DNA of 64,000 bases from Camelus ferus (lineage: Eukaryota). Positions within the stretch are counted from its first letter, which is position 1; each line of letters starts with the position of its first letter. This document shows, piece by piece, positions 24,501-37,740 of this stretch. The DNA is taken from assembly GCF_009834535.1 (NCBI RefSeq), contig NC_045696.1, positions 32,118,001-32,182,000 of the forward strand, in the 5' to 3' direction. Made by a program: the position numbers and the translations under genes. Below the pieces are notes generated by a model. It saw only the letters and a program-made list of their open reading frames with translations. It did no database searches and had not been told where the DNA came from.

Positions 24501-27500
24501 AAATTTTAAATAATTATAAACAATTGATTCAGGGGTAAGGAGGAAAGAAATTAACCAAGGATTCTGGACTACTGACAATTATAATGGTTATAATTAACTT
24601 GTCTATGGAATTGGGAGATGAAGTATTAAAAGTCCATTTGATCTTCTCACCTAGTTCAGGTATCTCTCTGGTAAAACCACAATGTGGGACTTGTATTAAC
24701 ATGGGGATGTGTATTGCTATCATTGAGGTGTTAGCTGAAGCCAAGATTGGTTAGAGTAGTAAGTGTGAATTAGTTAGGGTGATAAGTATGAATGGTCTCT
24801 GTTAGATATATTCTTGTATCGCCCTGCTCCTATTTCTTTGACCCACATTTTCCACTTTGCACAGTGGACATGCAAATTAGCCAGATGAATAACAATGTGT
24901 TAAATCTGCACGGACACTCACTATTTCTATGTGGAGTTGCCCAAAGTTGATTCTTGAAAGTATCAGCTCTAGGCCTAGATTAGAGATCACCAACAGTATG
25001 TCACTCTTGCCTTTTCTATTTCTGTTCATGGTTGCTTTGTACAGAAAACTTCTTTTATTCCTATTCAGGTACTGCAGGAGGTACACCGATCTTTTGTTAC
25101 CCCTTTCAAATGATCTCTGAAAATGCCTTCTACCTCTATAGTGGCCGGGAGGGTGGGAGTCTCCATCCCTGTCTCTCTAAAAGCATATCACTTAGCCTGA
25201 CTGTGTGGCAGACTCTTCTCCCTTACCAAGAAGACCTTTTCTTTGTGTCTGTTTCCTTTATCTATTACTTTATATATGCCTTGGGACAGAGCCTTGCCTA
25301 GGAATGTTGCTACTTAACTTAAAACACAAGACACCTTTCTTATAAGCAGAGACTGCTTATGAGAAAAGTGTCTTCCTCCTATCTAGAAGTGGCCTGGTTC
25401 ACTGCACCTTTTTTTTTTCCTTCTCCGTTCCTTCCTTTAATCTTTCTTTTCAATCTCGCTTTCTCACTTTCACTTTTTTCTTCTTCCATTTCATCCAATT
25501 TTTTAATAACAAAGATAATTACTGGGGCTAAGGTTAGCCTCTCTAGTAGCTTGAAAACTAAAACATAGAAAAAGAAAAAAGCTGTTGAGTTCTTAGAGGT
25601 CAAAGTAAGGACAGAAGAAAGCTTCTGAAAATGGGCGAAGTGAAAATCCGAAGGTCTGGTATAGTTTGCAGTCTTTTCTTTGTACTTTGTTAAAAGACGC
25701 CTCCATAATTTAACCTAACTTCCTCTGATAGTTTGAAAATTCATCTCAGTTTCTGTTTCACAAATATCAAGGACAAGTGCAGAAGAGCAAAGCAGAATCT
25801 GATCACCATGTCTAACGTGAGAGAATTTAGGCTCATTTTATCACAGCCACGTCTTCCCAAGCAAAGGAAAGGACACCTGTTATACCACAGAGGATTGTGT
25901 GAAAATTAAACAAGAAAATAAATGACATATATATAGTTCAGTTCCTGTCCTAGAACATAATAAGTACTAAACACGAAGGTAGTTTAGCTAACTTTACTGT
26001 GTCTTATTCTTATTGTATACTATACATCTCAGGGGATACCTTGATAATACCATATTCAGGTATTGTCAAATGTGCTGGTTACAAACTCTGTGGGTCTGAT
26101 GCGGGAATCCACTGTCCAGGTACATACATTTTTAAATCAGTCTCAACAGGTGGCTCTGCTACTGTTGAAAGACACACCTCAGTGATTGGGTGCTGAGACA
26201 TGGGATTTATACCTTTTTAAGCCCAATCCAATCTTTGATGCTAGCATGTAATTTGATCTAGTTTTTGAAACACTTTAAGCTTATTTTAATGGGAGTAAGT
26301 AAGTTGTCTATGTAGCATATAGTAAATACTTAGCAAATCACATAATTATAATCACATAATTATAATGTAGTGGGAATATGTTCCTACAAAGAAATAATTT
26401 GATGACCTTCCCAAAGTTGGCTATAACACCAAGATTAAATAAGAAATACTGTTTTGCACCTGGGGTTATCTATATTACCAACACAAATGTAGCGGTTTTT
26501 TCACTCCCTTAGCATTATAAATCCGTACTTGAGTGGAGGAATTTGCATCAAAGATGGGCTTCTGAAAGTATTTTCAAAACCTTTCTATCTTTTTATATAC
26601 TTTATATTGTCTTCTCTGTTTTCTGCAAAAGGATAAAACGTAACACACACACAGAGAAATGATCTTAAATAAAGGAATGCATTGGGTACATTTGTAACAA
26701 GATTACGACACTAAGAGAACACTAGAAAACTATTGGGCAAATTGTGGGATTTTTTTCCTGTGATTTGTGAAATGAGATTCTTTTGATTTAAATTGGTTAT
26801 CAGTGAGGGGTAAGTCTAAATACCTTAGTTCTATTTTACAATCTACCCCTCAGCCCTTGTGGTTGTAGTAATTAAGTTTCAGCTTCCCACAAATAATTCA
26901 TGTATTTTATAAATTTTCCTAGAGCTATAGTATACTCAAAGAAAGATGAAATAAATATATTTTAACAACATTTAAATGACCTATAGTTACACAAATTTTA
27001 GTTTTTGCTCTTATGTGTCTTCCTCTTAAACCTGTATGTTTCTCTCTGAGTCCCACCAATGCTCTCTCTCTTGAAAGGAAAGTACAAAGATAGAGAATGG
27101 AGAGACCAGTAGGAGAGTTTCTTCCTTGTTTAATGTTGCTAGTATCTAGTTAAGTTAAATATTGAAGGGGAAATCAATTACCTTCTCCTCCACTTTTAAC
27201 ATCAAGAATCCCAGTGTTGTCCTGTCACTTGCTGCTCCCTATCTTAACTGAGTGGCAATAACAGTGAGGGGGAAAAAAATTGGCACCACTCAGCTATAGT
27301 CTTGGCAGCCAAAATCAGTACCTCCTTTAGACTTAATAAAAAGCAAAAGTTCCACACATTAGATTGATTTCAGTAAGACCAAACCTTCAGACAATATAAA
27401 TGAATGTAGTTCCAAGATTCTCAGTTCACAAAGGATTAAATTCTATGAATTTTCACATAAGGAGAAATATGAGCACACAAGTATTGAATATTCACGAGTC

Positions 27501-28596
27501 TAATAATGAGCCTGAAAACAAAGGAACATTTCACGCAAAGATTTTGAAAAATATGAAGGAAATGTGACCTCTTTACAGTTAAAGTTACACTTTATGCTTT
27601 TCCTAAACTTTGCCTGGAGGTATGAGAAACTGAAATTGCTAAATGCAGAAAGTACTTGAACCCATGCAGATTTCAGACCTATAAGCTGATCAGAGAATTA
27701 AATGTTCATTAGTTGGAACATCCTTTAAAGGATTGATTTGTTCCTTGCCTTTGTTAGCTTGTTTGCTTGTTTGTTTGAATCAAGTCCATCCTTGCTCCAC
27801 TTCTGCGGTTACCTGGAGTGATAGAGACTCATTAACGCAGATTAGTGTCTGGAAGTGAGCAACACTTAGAGATAGCAGTTCTTGTTTTCCTTTTCGAAAT
27901 ATTCTCTTGAGTGAAGAAAAGCCAAGGGGCTAGTTGCTAGAGGAGAATTAAGCCATCTCAAACAAACAAACAATCGGCTTAATCCTTTCTTACTCTGATG
28001 TTTATAAAGGAGCCGATTACCCATCCTTGGAATAGATGTTCTGCTACTTTGCATTCTGATTATGGTAGCTGATGGCAACAACACAAGCACAATCCTAAAG
28101 TTTAATAATAATGCATATTTTCATTTTTTTTCAGAAACAAAGTGATGAATGTTCACTAGATTCAGCACTTTAATCTCTGCTGAGGTGGCACAGCAGAAGG
28201 AATGCATAAATCGGAATCTAAGTGCAGGGAGATTTTTATTACATGAGCATTTTATTACATGATGTAAGAAATGATACTACAGGAGTTTGGCAGGAAGTCA
28301 AAACTCATTGTACAAGATCCGATTTAAATATAGTATCATGTTTTAATCTATTTTTGCCTTTGTCAAATTGACAGTCATCTTTTGTCTTGTAATTAAATAT
28401 CAGTTTGGACCCTCAGGCCTCTGAGACAAATTGGTTGTATTCTTATATGTTAAACACTGACTTAATTCAGTTCAATCTTTTAATTCTTCTTCCTTTAATT
28501 ACTTAGTAGCTCAAACTAATAACTGGTTTTGTTTCTTTAAACTTATCATGTAGTCTTGCCAAAGCAAATTGCTATATCTGATTTCATGTGAGCGCC

Positions 28597-28613
28597 AAGT
28601 TGCTTAGCAACTT
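28597..28613. promoter_or_regulatory. Palindromic RFX (X-box)-like site
   Basis: AAGTTGCT-T-AGCAACTT. The core GTTGCTTAGCAAC fits the RFX dimer consensus. Confidence 0.5.
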
Positions 28614-29979
28614 AAATCTGCCTTATACTTCATCTTTTTGCATGCTCTTTAATCTTAAAAATTTTTATCAGAGTTTAACTTTAGTCATGGATCTCTATTT
28701 ATTCACACAATGAGCAGTTTGTTTTTCATTGAGTTTGTGGGTGAGTTTATGTGGGATGGGGACACAGCGAGGGGGAGAGAGAGAGACAAAGAGACGGGTA
28801 GGCATCTAAAACAGACAGAAGTGGGAGTCTGAAGGGGAAAGAGAAAAGAATAAGAGAATTCATTTGTAGGGTCCTATTGTATTTTTTAGGCTCTTAAAAT
28901 CTTATTTCTTTTTTACCCTTCATGTGTGGCTCACGTGTTCTGCTTTGTCTTCCAGGTACCAAGGTCCTTATTTCTAACCTCAAAGAGAGGGGACTTAATC
29001 ATCTATGGTAGTTCCTGCACTATTTTGTGCATAATTGGCATTCAGGCTCAGGAGACTCTTAAAACAGACCTGATTCAGAGCCTTGTGTGGCTTTATCCCC
29101 AGGGAGAAATTATCCCTTTGGGAGGTTTGTCATCTTTGGCAGGAAGAAAATGGTGTTACTATTTCGTATTTTCATTGTGTCGTGGCAGACAGGCAGTGAC
29201 TTTCCAGCCAGATCCATAGGCTAATTGTAGAAATGATGGAAAATGTCAGAATTTAAAGAAAAAAAGTGACTTAAAGTAAGTGACAGTTGTCACTTTGCTT
29301 ATTTTCTGCTATTTGCTGTAACAGGCACCAAACTATAAAGGAGCATTTGAAGGAGAATAAAGATTTGTTTCACACATGCATAATGTTGAAAGGAAATGAT
29401 CTTTAAATATTGGTGTGCATTCCTTCAGAATGTAATTACCTTACATTACCCTATCAGTCACTCTTCTTCATCAGGGGCCAAAAATAATTTCTCCAGCAGT
29501 CATCCATTCTTCCATACCCACTCTCATAAATGCACACTCAGAGGTGCGTTGCTTACAAATCAGGAAAACAAATGTCAACGGGGAGAGTGAGCGCCCATTA
29601 ATTTTGTGCTTTCTTTTTGGGAACAACTGCTTCAACCCAGCTATTATTTGTCTCAGGCATGAAAGCAATCTTCATGCTTAAAACTGAATTGTTTATTTAA
29701 ACTTTATTTATTTATTTATCTGGAGCTCAGATTTAAATAAGGCAGCGGCAGTGCTTGCTTAATGAACACCAAATTAATTTTCGATTTTGTTTATGGGATT
29801 TTGAGGCGGTTTTTGTGGATATCTTTATATTTTTCCACTCTGCTTATTTTTGCATTTCTTTTATAGAAACTCTGCAATATGTAACTAAGCCTTTTTCAGT
29901 CAGGTTTCCTTTCTTCTGCATCTGTATCACTTGCAAAATTTCTATCATGTTTTATATGAATGGTGTATGAAAGTGTCTC

Positions 29980-30175
29980 TTTACGTTCACCGCGGCAGAA
30001 TGGTTTTGTCCAGGCCACGTGCCACCTAGCCTGACAGCTGCACGTGAATGGTAGCAGTCTCAGTCCTCTTCCAGACTGCCCTCCTGGTGATTTGAGTCAG
30101 TAACCTAAAGGGAAGTGTGTGGTCACATGTGCTTGCAAGCAAGTCTGTCAACATCAGGCACCGTGTGGTTTCTTC
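29980..30175. promoter_or_regulatory. Candidate enhancer (motif cluster)
   Basis: CACGTG at 30016 and 30041, TGACAG/CAGCTG at 30032-30040, TGAGTCA at 30093, GGAAGT at 30111, GTCACATG at 30122, TGTGGTY at about 30118 and 30164. CpGs are locally retained. Confidence 0.45.
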
Positions 30176-31859
30176 CAGCCCTCATCAGCATCTTCCTTTA
30201 CTGGTTGTTTACAATTATCCTTGTCCAGAGGACCCAAAGCCACTTGGAAAAAAACCATACCTCTGCTGTTATCTGAGATGTAAAACCCAGTATCCATACA
30301 CTGGAGCTATTTTTGGATGATCCCAAAGGTCTGATTTTTTTGAGCACCAGAAAAGAGGTCTGGTTCCAGTCATAAACAAAAGAGTGCTTTCTTCCCCACT
30401 TTAAGCAATACCATGTCCCTGGACGTCTGAATCTCTCTGTGCTGGACACTCACAGTGTGAATACACACTGGTTCATCAGTGTTTCCCCCAACTTCCTTTG
30501 GGCCTGAGTAAGGACAGGTACCATCACCTTGCTGTACCTTGCTTCTAAATCACTGAACCTGTTTCTCTCATTCCACCTAATACTACAGAGGCTCTTGTGA
30601 GTATGATTTGAGATGAAGAGATTCTGGGACTTGTGTGTTCAATTGGGGTGAGGGGAAGGATGCTTCCTATTTGTTGCAGACAGCCAAAACCATGCTCAGA
30701 ACAGGGACAAATCTATTCTTGGTAAATGAAATTAATCTCCAAAAAGAGCTCGGGATTGTGAGATATAAAATGTAATCCCTCAGGCAGTTTGGCTTTTCTG
30801 CTTGGTGATGATCTGTTATAGCACTGAGTGATGAAACTTGCTTCTGGCAAAGGATTTCAGGTCAGTTGGAAAGGTCTGTCCTCTCTCCATTATAGAGGGA
30901 TACATTCCAGAAGAAATTAGCAGTGGTTGGTATATCAACTTTCTAAAATTGCTTCCTCTCAGCAGTGAGGATATTCTTTGATATAGGTTATATTTCTCTC
31001 TTAGACTTTCTGCCAAGTCTTTTCTGGGCTAAAATATTGTACACTGTTCTTACCTTTTAGGAAAGACTTACCAATCAGACAGGGATGGTTCCAGGAAAGT
31101 CAGTTGCCAAGAAAAATCAGTGAAATTCTTGGGTGGATATTTGGCATCTAAGCTAAGAACATCTCGTCTATAAAAAAAAAGTTTCAGTGTCTTTTTCTTT
31201 TTTGAAAAAATCTCAACTGATAGACAGCCAGCTAGTGAATGGATATGGAATAGAAAAAATAATCCCTCAAACTGATATGTTTCCAACACTCTTCAAAAGT
31301 GGACCCAAACAAAGGATGTCCTTTGGTTCATTATAGCTGTCACTGCAAGAGTGCCTAGCAATCTCTGAAATGTCACCCTGCCTCTACACGACCTGGTATG
31401 CAAGAGATATTCTTTTAAAAAGCTACCCCATCTTTGACTGTTAGGCTGGACTCTATAGTTGTTTCCCAGCAGCCCACTGATTTATCACATCATTTGATGT
31501 TGCAGTTTGGTGTATCTTTCAAATATTTATTCTGAAACCCAGCTTCAATTACCCTACTTTAACTCACCAGGTAATAGGGGAAATCCTGAACCTGGATATA
31601 CTATTTATGTAGCCTAAGAGCTATTTCATTTGGCATTCTTGTTTCCTTCTAGAAACTTATGATAGAAAATCTGATCTGCCAATTTCTGGTTAGCTATTAG
31701 TTATATAAGATGCAAATTTAATAGGAGGAAATAAAGTGTTCTATTTACATAACCTTTCAAAAGATATCTAGTTTTTGGTTTAGCTTGTTTGCATGGTGCC
31801 TTCTTTGTTTTCGTGCTTCTTGGTATGAGTATGTTGCTTACAATGTGAGCTGTATACGA

Positions 31860-32085
31860 GATAATCTGCTCTAGCATGGAAAAATATTAGAAATTTAATT
31901 TCTGTTTATTTTCATCTCATCTCATTTTAAAATTGATTTTATGTATATTTTACAATATTTGTAATGAGTAAGTAGGTTAGTATGTGTGTATATTTTAAAA
32001 ATAAAAGTGTGCATATGTGGGGAGTGTACACAAACTGTTTTTTTTTTTGCTATGAATATGCAATTGAAGAAAGATGGAAAACAAA
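31860..32085. mobile_element. hAT-Charlie relic (Charlie4z-like)
   Basis: TTTCTGTTTATTTTCATCTCATC...ATATGTGGGGAGTGTACACAAA...TATGCAATTGAAGAAAGATGGAAAAC resembles the Charlie4 end. Confidence 0.5.
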
Positions 32086-34339
32086 ATTAATGACATCTTT
32101 CAAAATTGCTTTACTAAGAGATATATTGATAAATGTCTAGCACTCTACTGATGTAAGAATATATAATATCAGTTTCATGGAGCATGACTTAATTCTTTTT
32201 TAAAAAAGTACATATTGGGAAAAGGGTCATATAATTTGATTTTTAAAAATTCCATATTCTTATGTGTATTTTTAGTATAGGTCTATTCAGAAGCATTCCA
32301 AAACAAACATTTTAGAAACACTGACTGTCTTTTCCACTTGAAAGAGTGTCAGAAAGGTTGAAAAGTAGGAAGACAGAAGAAGCCAAGACAGGTGTTCACA
32401 TTAATGAAAAACTTATTATCTGTGTTTTGATTATAAGTAGTGGTTGATGTATTGGAAACTAACAAACAATGTACACAAATTCCATTCCTGAGAGGTCTAA
32501 TTATTTTTAAGGAAGTTTAATAATTCTGACTACACTGTCAGTCAGAAGTCATTACTTGTTCATTTGGCCTCTGGTGGTGATTTGTTTAAAATAGCCAAAG
32601 GACCTTACCATGTTGCATTATTCCAAAATATGTACAAAGATTTAGTGAACCAAAACTTTACTTCTCCTTCAGCTGCCATATTCCCAAATCCATCATGAAT
32701 TTCTTTTTTTTTTTAAGAGATAAAGATAAATCCCTTAATTCATTATGACCCTAGGCATGAAATTAAACTACCATTTTCATAACCAACAGCAAAAACCCGT
32801 GGGTTCAATTATAGTTATTGGTCTGCTTTGTTGATTATATCTTCTAAAGTGTAAAGAACAGTATAGCAGTTGCCAATATTCAGTTATAATTAAAAATTTC
32901 AGCATGTAAGCATCTACTAATTAGTAGAAAAATGCAAATTCACCTTATCTCTAACAGAATAAATAAAATTAAAGAATGAATTACAAAGAAGTATAATTTT
33001 AGAATATCATTTTAAAATCTTCATGTTTTGTGACTATAAAAATGACTAAATATAACTTAGAAAAATTATGAAATTAATATAAAACGTTATTTGCCATTAC
33101 ATTTTAGCTATAATAATTCTTATGGACGGGCTAACATTGTAAAGTTTTTGAAAAGGTTACCTAACATGAAATTAAATAATGAAAATAATAGCTTTTAAAA
33201 TACTCTTGATTACATGTAAAGATTATTGTTACATTAATTAAATAGTGGTTAGGATGTATATTCTTTTTCAGTGATCACAAAACTAGGTGAGAATTTTACC
33301 ATGAGCCCGAAAAGAAAGATCCACAATAGTGAGCAACAGTTTAGCATATCCCCCAAAATAAGAAATGAGGAGTCCTGTTTATTTTTTATAACATGGAGTC
33401 AATTAAATAGAGATATTTAATGAACTACATGTTAAGTAACATAAAAAAGATTTAGCATCATATTCTGAAAGTTAACTTTTCTTTTTATATCACATTCCCT
33501 TATACAAAAATTCCTATCCAATTTTCTGTCACCATATACCTTGGCTCCAGCCTTTTTTTCATTATTTCTGTCACCAGAGACTCTGCATTTTCTTCTGTTG
33601 TAGAGCAATGATGTCCTTGCTGGATACTCTTCACCACCCTTTCACCATATCATTGTCCTTCATGACCTACCCATTTTTCATACACAGAGTACACACACAC
33701 AAAATCGTTATTCTAATGAAAATAGAATTTTCTACTCTTGCTTTATAAGCTACTGTGGGTCTCACATATCTTCGTATGGAAATTGCAATACAAAACCTAA
33801 TAGTGGTTCTATGACTCTACTCATAGGTAATAAAGCCTCTCTGATGATGGAAATTATAATAAGGGGTTCCCAAGCCTATTTCAATTTACTAATGGTATTT
33901 TCAATAAAGGGTAACTCTTACAGAAATGTCTATATTTTTCTCTTTAAAAAGTTGAAACAAAATCAAGGAGCAGGAGTTTGCAATCAAGGTACTGTGCTGG
34001 GAAAGAAAATTATTAAAGGGAATAAAATGGATTGAATATATACTGTATGTCACAAGCAATGTTAATATTTTTACATAAATTATTTAATCTTCACAAATGG
34101 TTTTAAAATTAATATTTCTTTTTTATACACAAGAAAAAAACTAAATTAACTAAGGATTATAAAATGCTTTATTCAATGGTTTACTTCAACTCCTATGTCC
34201 AATTCTTACAGACCAACTTACATATAATCACTCATAACTCAGCCATGACTGTCGTTGAATTATCAAGACAATGGCATAGAAATTTAATTTTGAGGGAAGT
34301 GAGAAATTATAAAGTTTATTACCCATCTTTTGACTCATG

Positions 34340-35630
34340 TACATCTGCAATACAGTTGTGGGGCACATACAATGTTCTAAGCATTGTGTAATGTACTCGC
34401 AGGAGAAATAAAAATAAAAATTCAAAAACATTTTTTCAAGAAACTCTTAACTTATTGGAGAAATAGTTCAGAGTCAGTGTTCTAAGAAATGAAAGGATGC
34501 ATGGAGAAAATGTTGTTAGTTCACAAATGAAGTATATCGTGTTATAGGCAATCAGAGGGGGATTTGATTTGGTTTATATAATAGATAAATTTTGACATCT
34601 GTCTTAAAGGATAATTATGAGTTTGTGAATAAAAGGGTTGGAGGAAGGTGTTCTAGATAGATAAAAACATATTCAGTTTCAAGAGATTGCATAAGGTGCC
34701 TAAAACTGTACTTGTACATAGGGAACTTAAGTATGAAAAGTGGTCAAGGGCAAAATTTCCCAGAGCTTGTATTTCATGTAGGGAGTTTGGACTATGAAAG
34801 GATAAACTGATTATAGTGGCTATCCAAGAAGCAGCAGTAAAATGTCATAGCAAACATCAACCTTGAGAAAACAAAGTCAGTTTAACTGTTGTAGTAATCA
34901 AGATAAGGTACCTTTAGGATTTACACTGGGATGGTTGCCATAAAAATGGAGAGGCAGAACTCCAAAGTTCTCAAAATAAAATTAGGATGTGTAATTGAGA
35001 AGACTTGGTGACCAATTACATGTTCTATGAGGAAGAGGCAACTGTGGTTGGAGTTCCCCAAGATTCCCAAGATGTGTAAGAGGGAGTGATGAGTTCCATT
35101 TCAGGGTAGCCAAGGTTGAGATTCTGTGAACCATAGAAAGAGATAACAGCCATATATGTGGCCTAAAATGTGGTCTAGATTGGAGAGAGAAAATTCAGGA
35201 TCCACAATGATGGCAAAGTTTGGGGCATAAAGAAAGTCAGCAGGGAGGAGTATTCCAAAGGAGATCCAGAAGAAAATGATGGCTAAGTTGAATATATGGA
35301 AATTCAGCATTTAAGAGTCCTTAGGAAAAAATAATAGGAAGAGAACCACATGGTCTTAATGAGAATGAAGTAAGGAATGGTGAAGTTACAGTGAGAAGGA
35401 AGTGGTTCATTGTATTAAACAGTACAGTGGTTAATTATGATGAAGTAAATGGTTCATTGACTCTGGCATTTAGATTATTGGAGGCTTTAGTGCAACAGTT
35501 TCAGTGAAAGTATTAAGAATGGAAGTTATCTTTTCTGGGTCTCATGAATTGAAAGAGAAGTGGTAGAACAATAAGTATAATATTTTGTCAAGACCTTGAG
35601 TGTGAAAAGTAAGAAAGGTAAATTTAACTT
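34340..35630 (-). mobile_element. LINE-2 fragments
   Basis: Purine-rich degenerate L2 antisense text (GGCACATACAATGTTCTAAGCATTG, TTTGACATCTGTCTTAAAGGATAA, CATGTAGGGAGTTTGGACT, GAAGACTTGGTGACCAATTACATG). Confidence 0.65.
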
Positions 35631-36124
35631 ATATGGGTTGCGTGTTTAATGTTTTCTTTATCTGTTTCCTTGAGATCTGAATGTATAATTAGAAATTCTG
35701 CATAGAACCTATATTTAGATGGGAGCAATGACTTTAAAAAAATTAAATATTAACACCTACATAATGGAGTGTTCACTTGTTTCTGAAAACGAATGATAGG
35801 GTGAACAACAGGTAGATAATTAAATTCTCATCCAACTTTTTCAGTAACATAATTTTCAGTGATTTAACATTAGTTTTCCCCCCATTATACTCCTGCATTT
35901 TAAAAATGGAATTTACACAGCAAGTTTCTATAATATAGTTTTGCTTTGCCAATTTGCCATCTTAAACTATTATATCTCTTCTAATTTAAAAAGCTTTCTT
36001 TGGGGTGAAGAAAGAAGTATACCATAAGCTTCTAATGTGTGTAAAATAATATTCATGTATTGTGACATACATATAATGTTAATAGTATAGGCCTTCTTCA
36101 ATGGCAAAGAGTTGCAAATCACAT

Positions 36125-36300
36125 ACTATAACAATCAGAAGTTCCAGGATTTGAGTCCTTATTATTCCAAGAATTAGCATCTAAATCTTTTCAGGTTATT
36201 TAGTTTCTTTATAGGAAAATAGGGAATTGATTTCAAATACACTTGTGAAGATTAAATAAGGTAATTTATGTAAAAGTTTTACACAATTTCCAGAATATAT
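36125..36300 (+). mobile_element. MIR fragment
   Basis: AATCAGAAGTTCCAGGATTTGAGTCC...CTTGTGAAGATTAAATAAGGTAATTTATGTAAAAGT. Confidence 0.6.
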
Positions 36301-37559
36301 GTCCACCCTTTTAAAATTTTCTATACCCCCCGAGTACCTGATTATCTAAACAACTGCTCCTTATTATTTTCTTTTCCAAAATAATTTTTTTTTCTTTTAA
36401 AGGAATAAGTTAAAGGTAAATGTTGCTTAAAGAGCCTTAGGGAAACTATATTTTAGAATTTCCAATGCTGAACAAAGTATACATTTCATAGTAGGATAAA
36501 TGGCTTTGAAAATGACTCCCCTAAAATATTTTGTGCAACTAAATATTTTGTATGGTAAAACCCTTGAATAATCTTAAAGCAGCACTGCTCAACCTTTGTC
36601 ACATGACAAATGTAGAAAATATTATTTTAAAATTTTTATGTGTACTGGCTAATACTAGAAGGAATCAGGCTATATATGAGTCTTGTGAAAGATTTTTTAT
36701 GCCTCTATATCAAATATTATGATAAAATCAATAAAGAGCATGGGGAAGATAATATAGATTGAATTTATTTAAAATTCCAAACAAAATGTTTGCTTTCAGA
36801 TTTCAAGTTTCCAATCCAGTGAAAACCTGGTATCAAATATTCAAAATACTGATGAATCGCTGATTTCCAGAATTTGAATTCAGTGTTAGAACTGTAACTC
36901 TGCAGTTTATCTTGGGCACCACAGAAACAATGTATCAGCAGCAGGTGGAGAAAATTTCCTGACTGGTTTGAAGACAAAGATTCAGGGCTGCTGCATTTAA
37001 TAGGAATCCCCAGCTGACCTCTCCATCTCCTCACTAGCCACACATTGGGTTGGCCTCCCTCCTTCTTGACAAGTGGAAGAGTGATAACCTTCCGTCACTC
37101 CACCAGTCCTCTTGGTAATCAGTGTACTCCATGGAGGGCCCCTGAGGCAGAGCAAATAGAGCATCTCTCAGGCCAGACTCAGTGTGGAGCAGAGAGCTAT
37201 GGATTACCAGGCATTGCTCACCATGCTCACTAATAGGAACCTGCTAGCCTCTGATAACTCTTGTGGGAGACCAGAAGTCTGAATGCCCTGGTAGAAGGAT
37301 CAAACTGCCTTTGCCTCAAGGAGTTAGGGCATAAGGATCTTCAAGGACATCTACACCCCATATGCAGAATTTATTTGGGCAGATCTGACCTCGAGTAAGT
37401 AGGAAATACATTGAAATAAATAAAAATATATCCAGAGAAATAAAACTCTGGAAAATGACCAAAACTTCAAAACCTGGCATGGACTAAAATGGAATGCAAT
37501 TTGAGGATTTCCCCATGACTTATTATAATAAATCAGCAATCATTTGCAGAGAGTTCTAC

Positions 37560-37740
37560 AGTTTTCTAAGCATATTTTTCTCATTAGATACTAAAAACAA
37601 AGCCATTAAGTAGGAAAAGAGGTATTATGAGCATTTTACAATTGAGGAAATGGGGAAGTGAGAGATTAGAAATCAAATGACTTGCCCAAACATTAAAAAG
37701 GTCTCTAGGTAGCAGACACATTGCTAGAATTTGGTTAATC
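37560..37740 (-). mobile_element. MIR fragment
   Basis: GGTATTATGAGCATTTTACAATTGAGGAAATGGGG...AAATGACTTGCCCAA. Confidence 0.6.

Noticed and set aside
26336..26363. Short tandem duplications (14 bp here; similar ones near 28235, 39255, 48205, 51817)
   Set aside because: Ordinary replication-slippage duplications.
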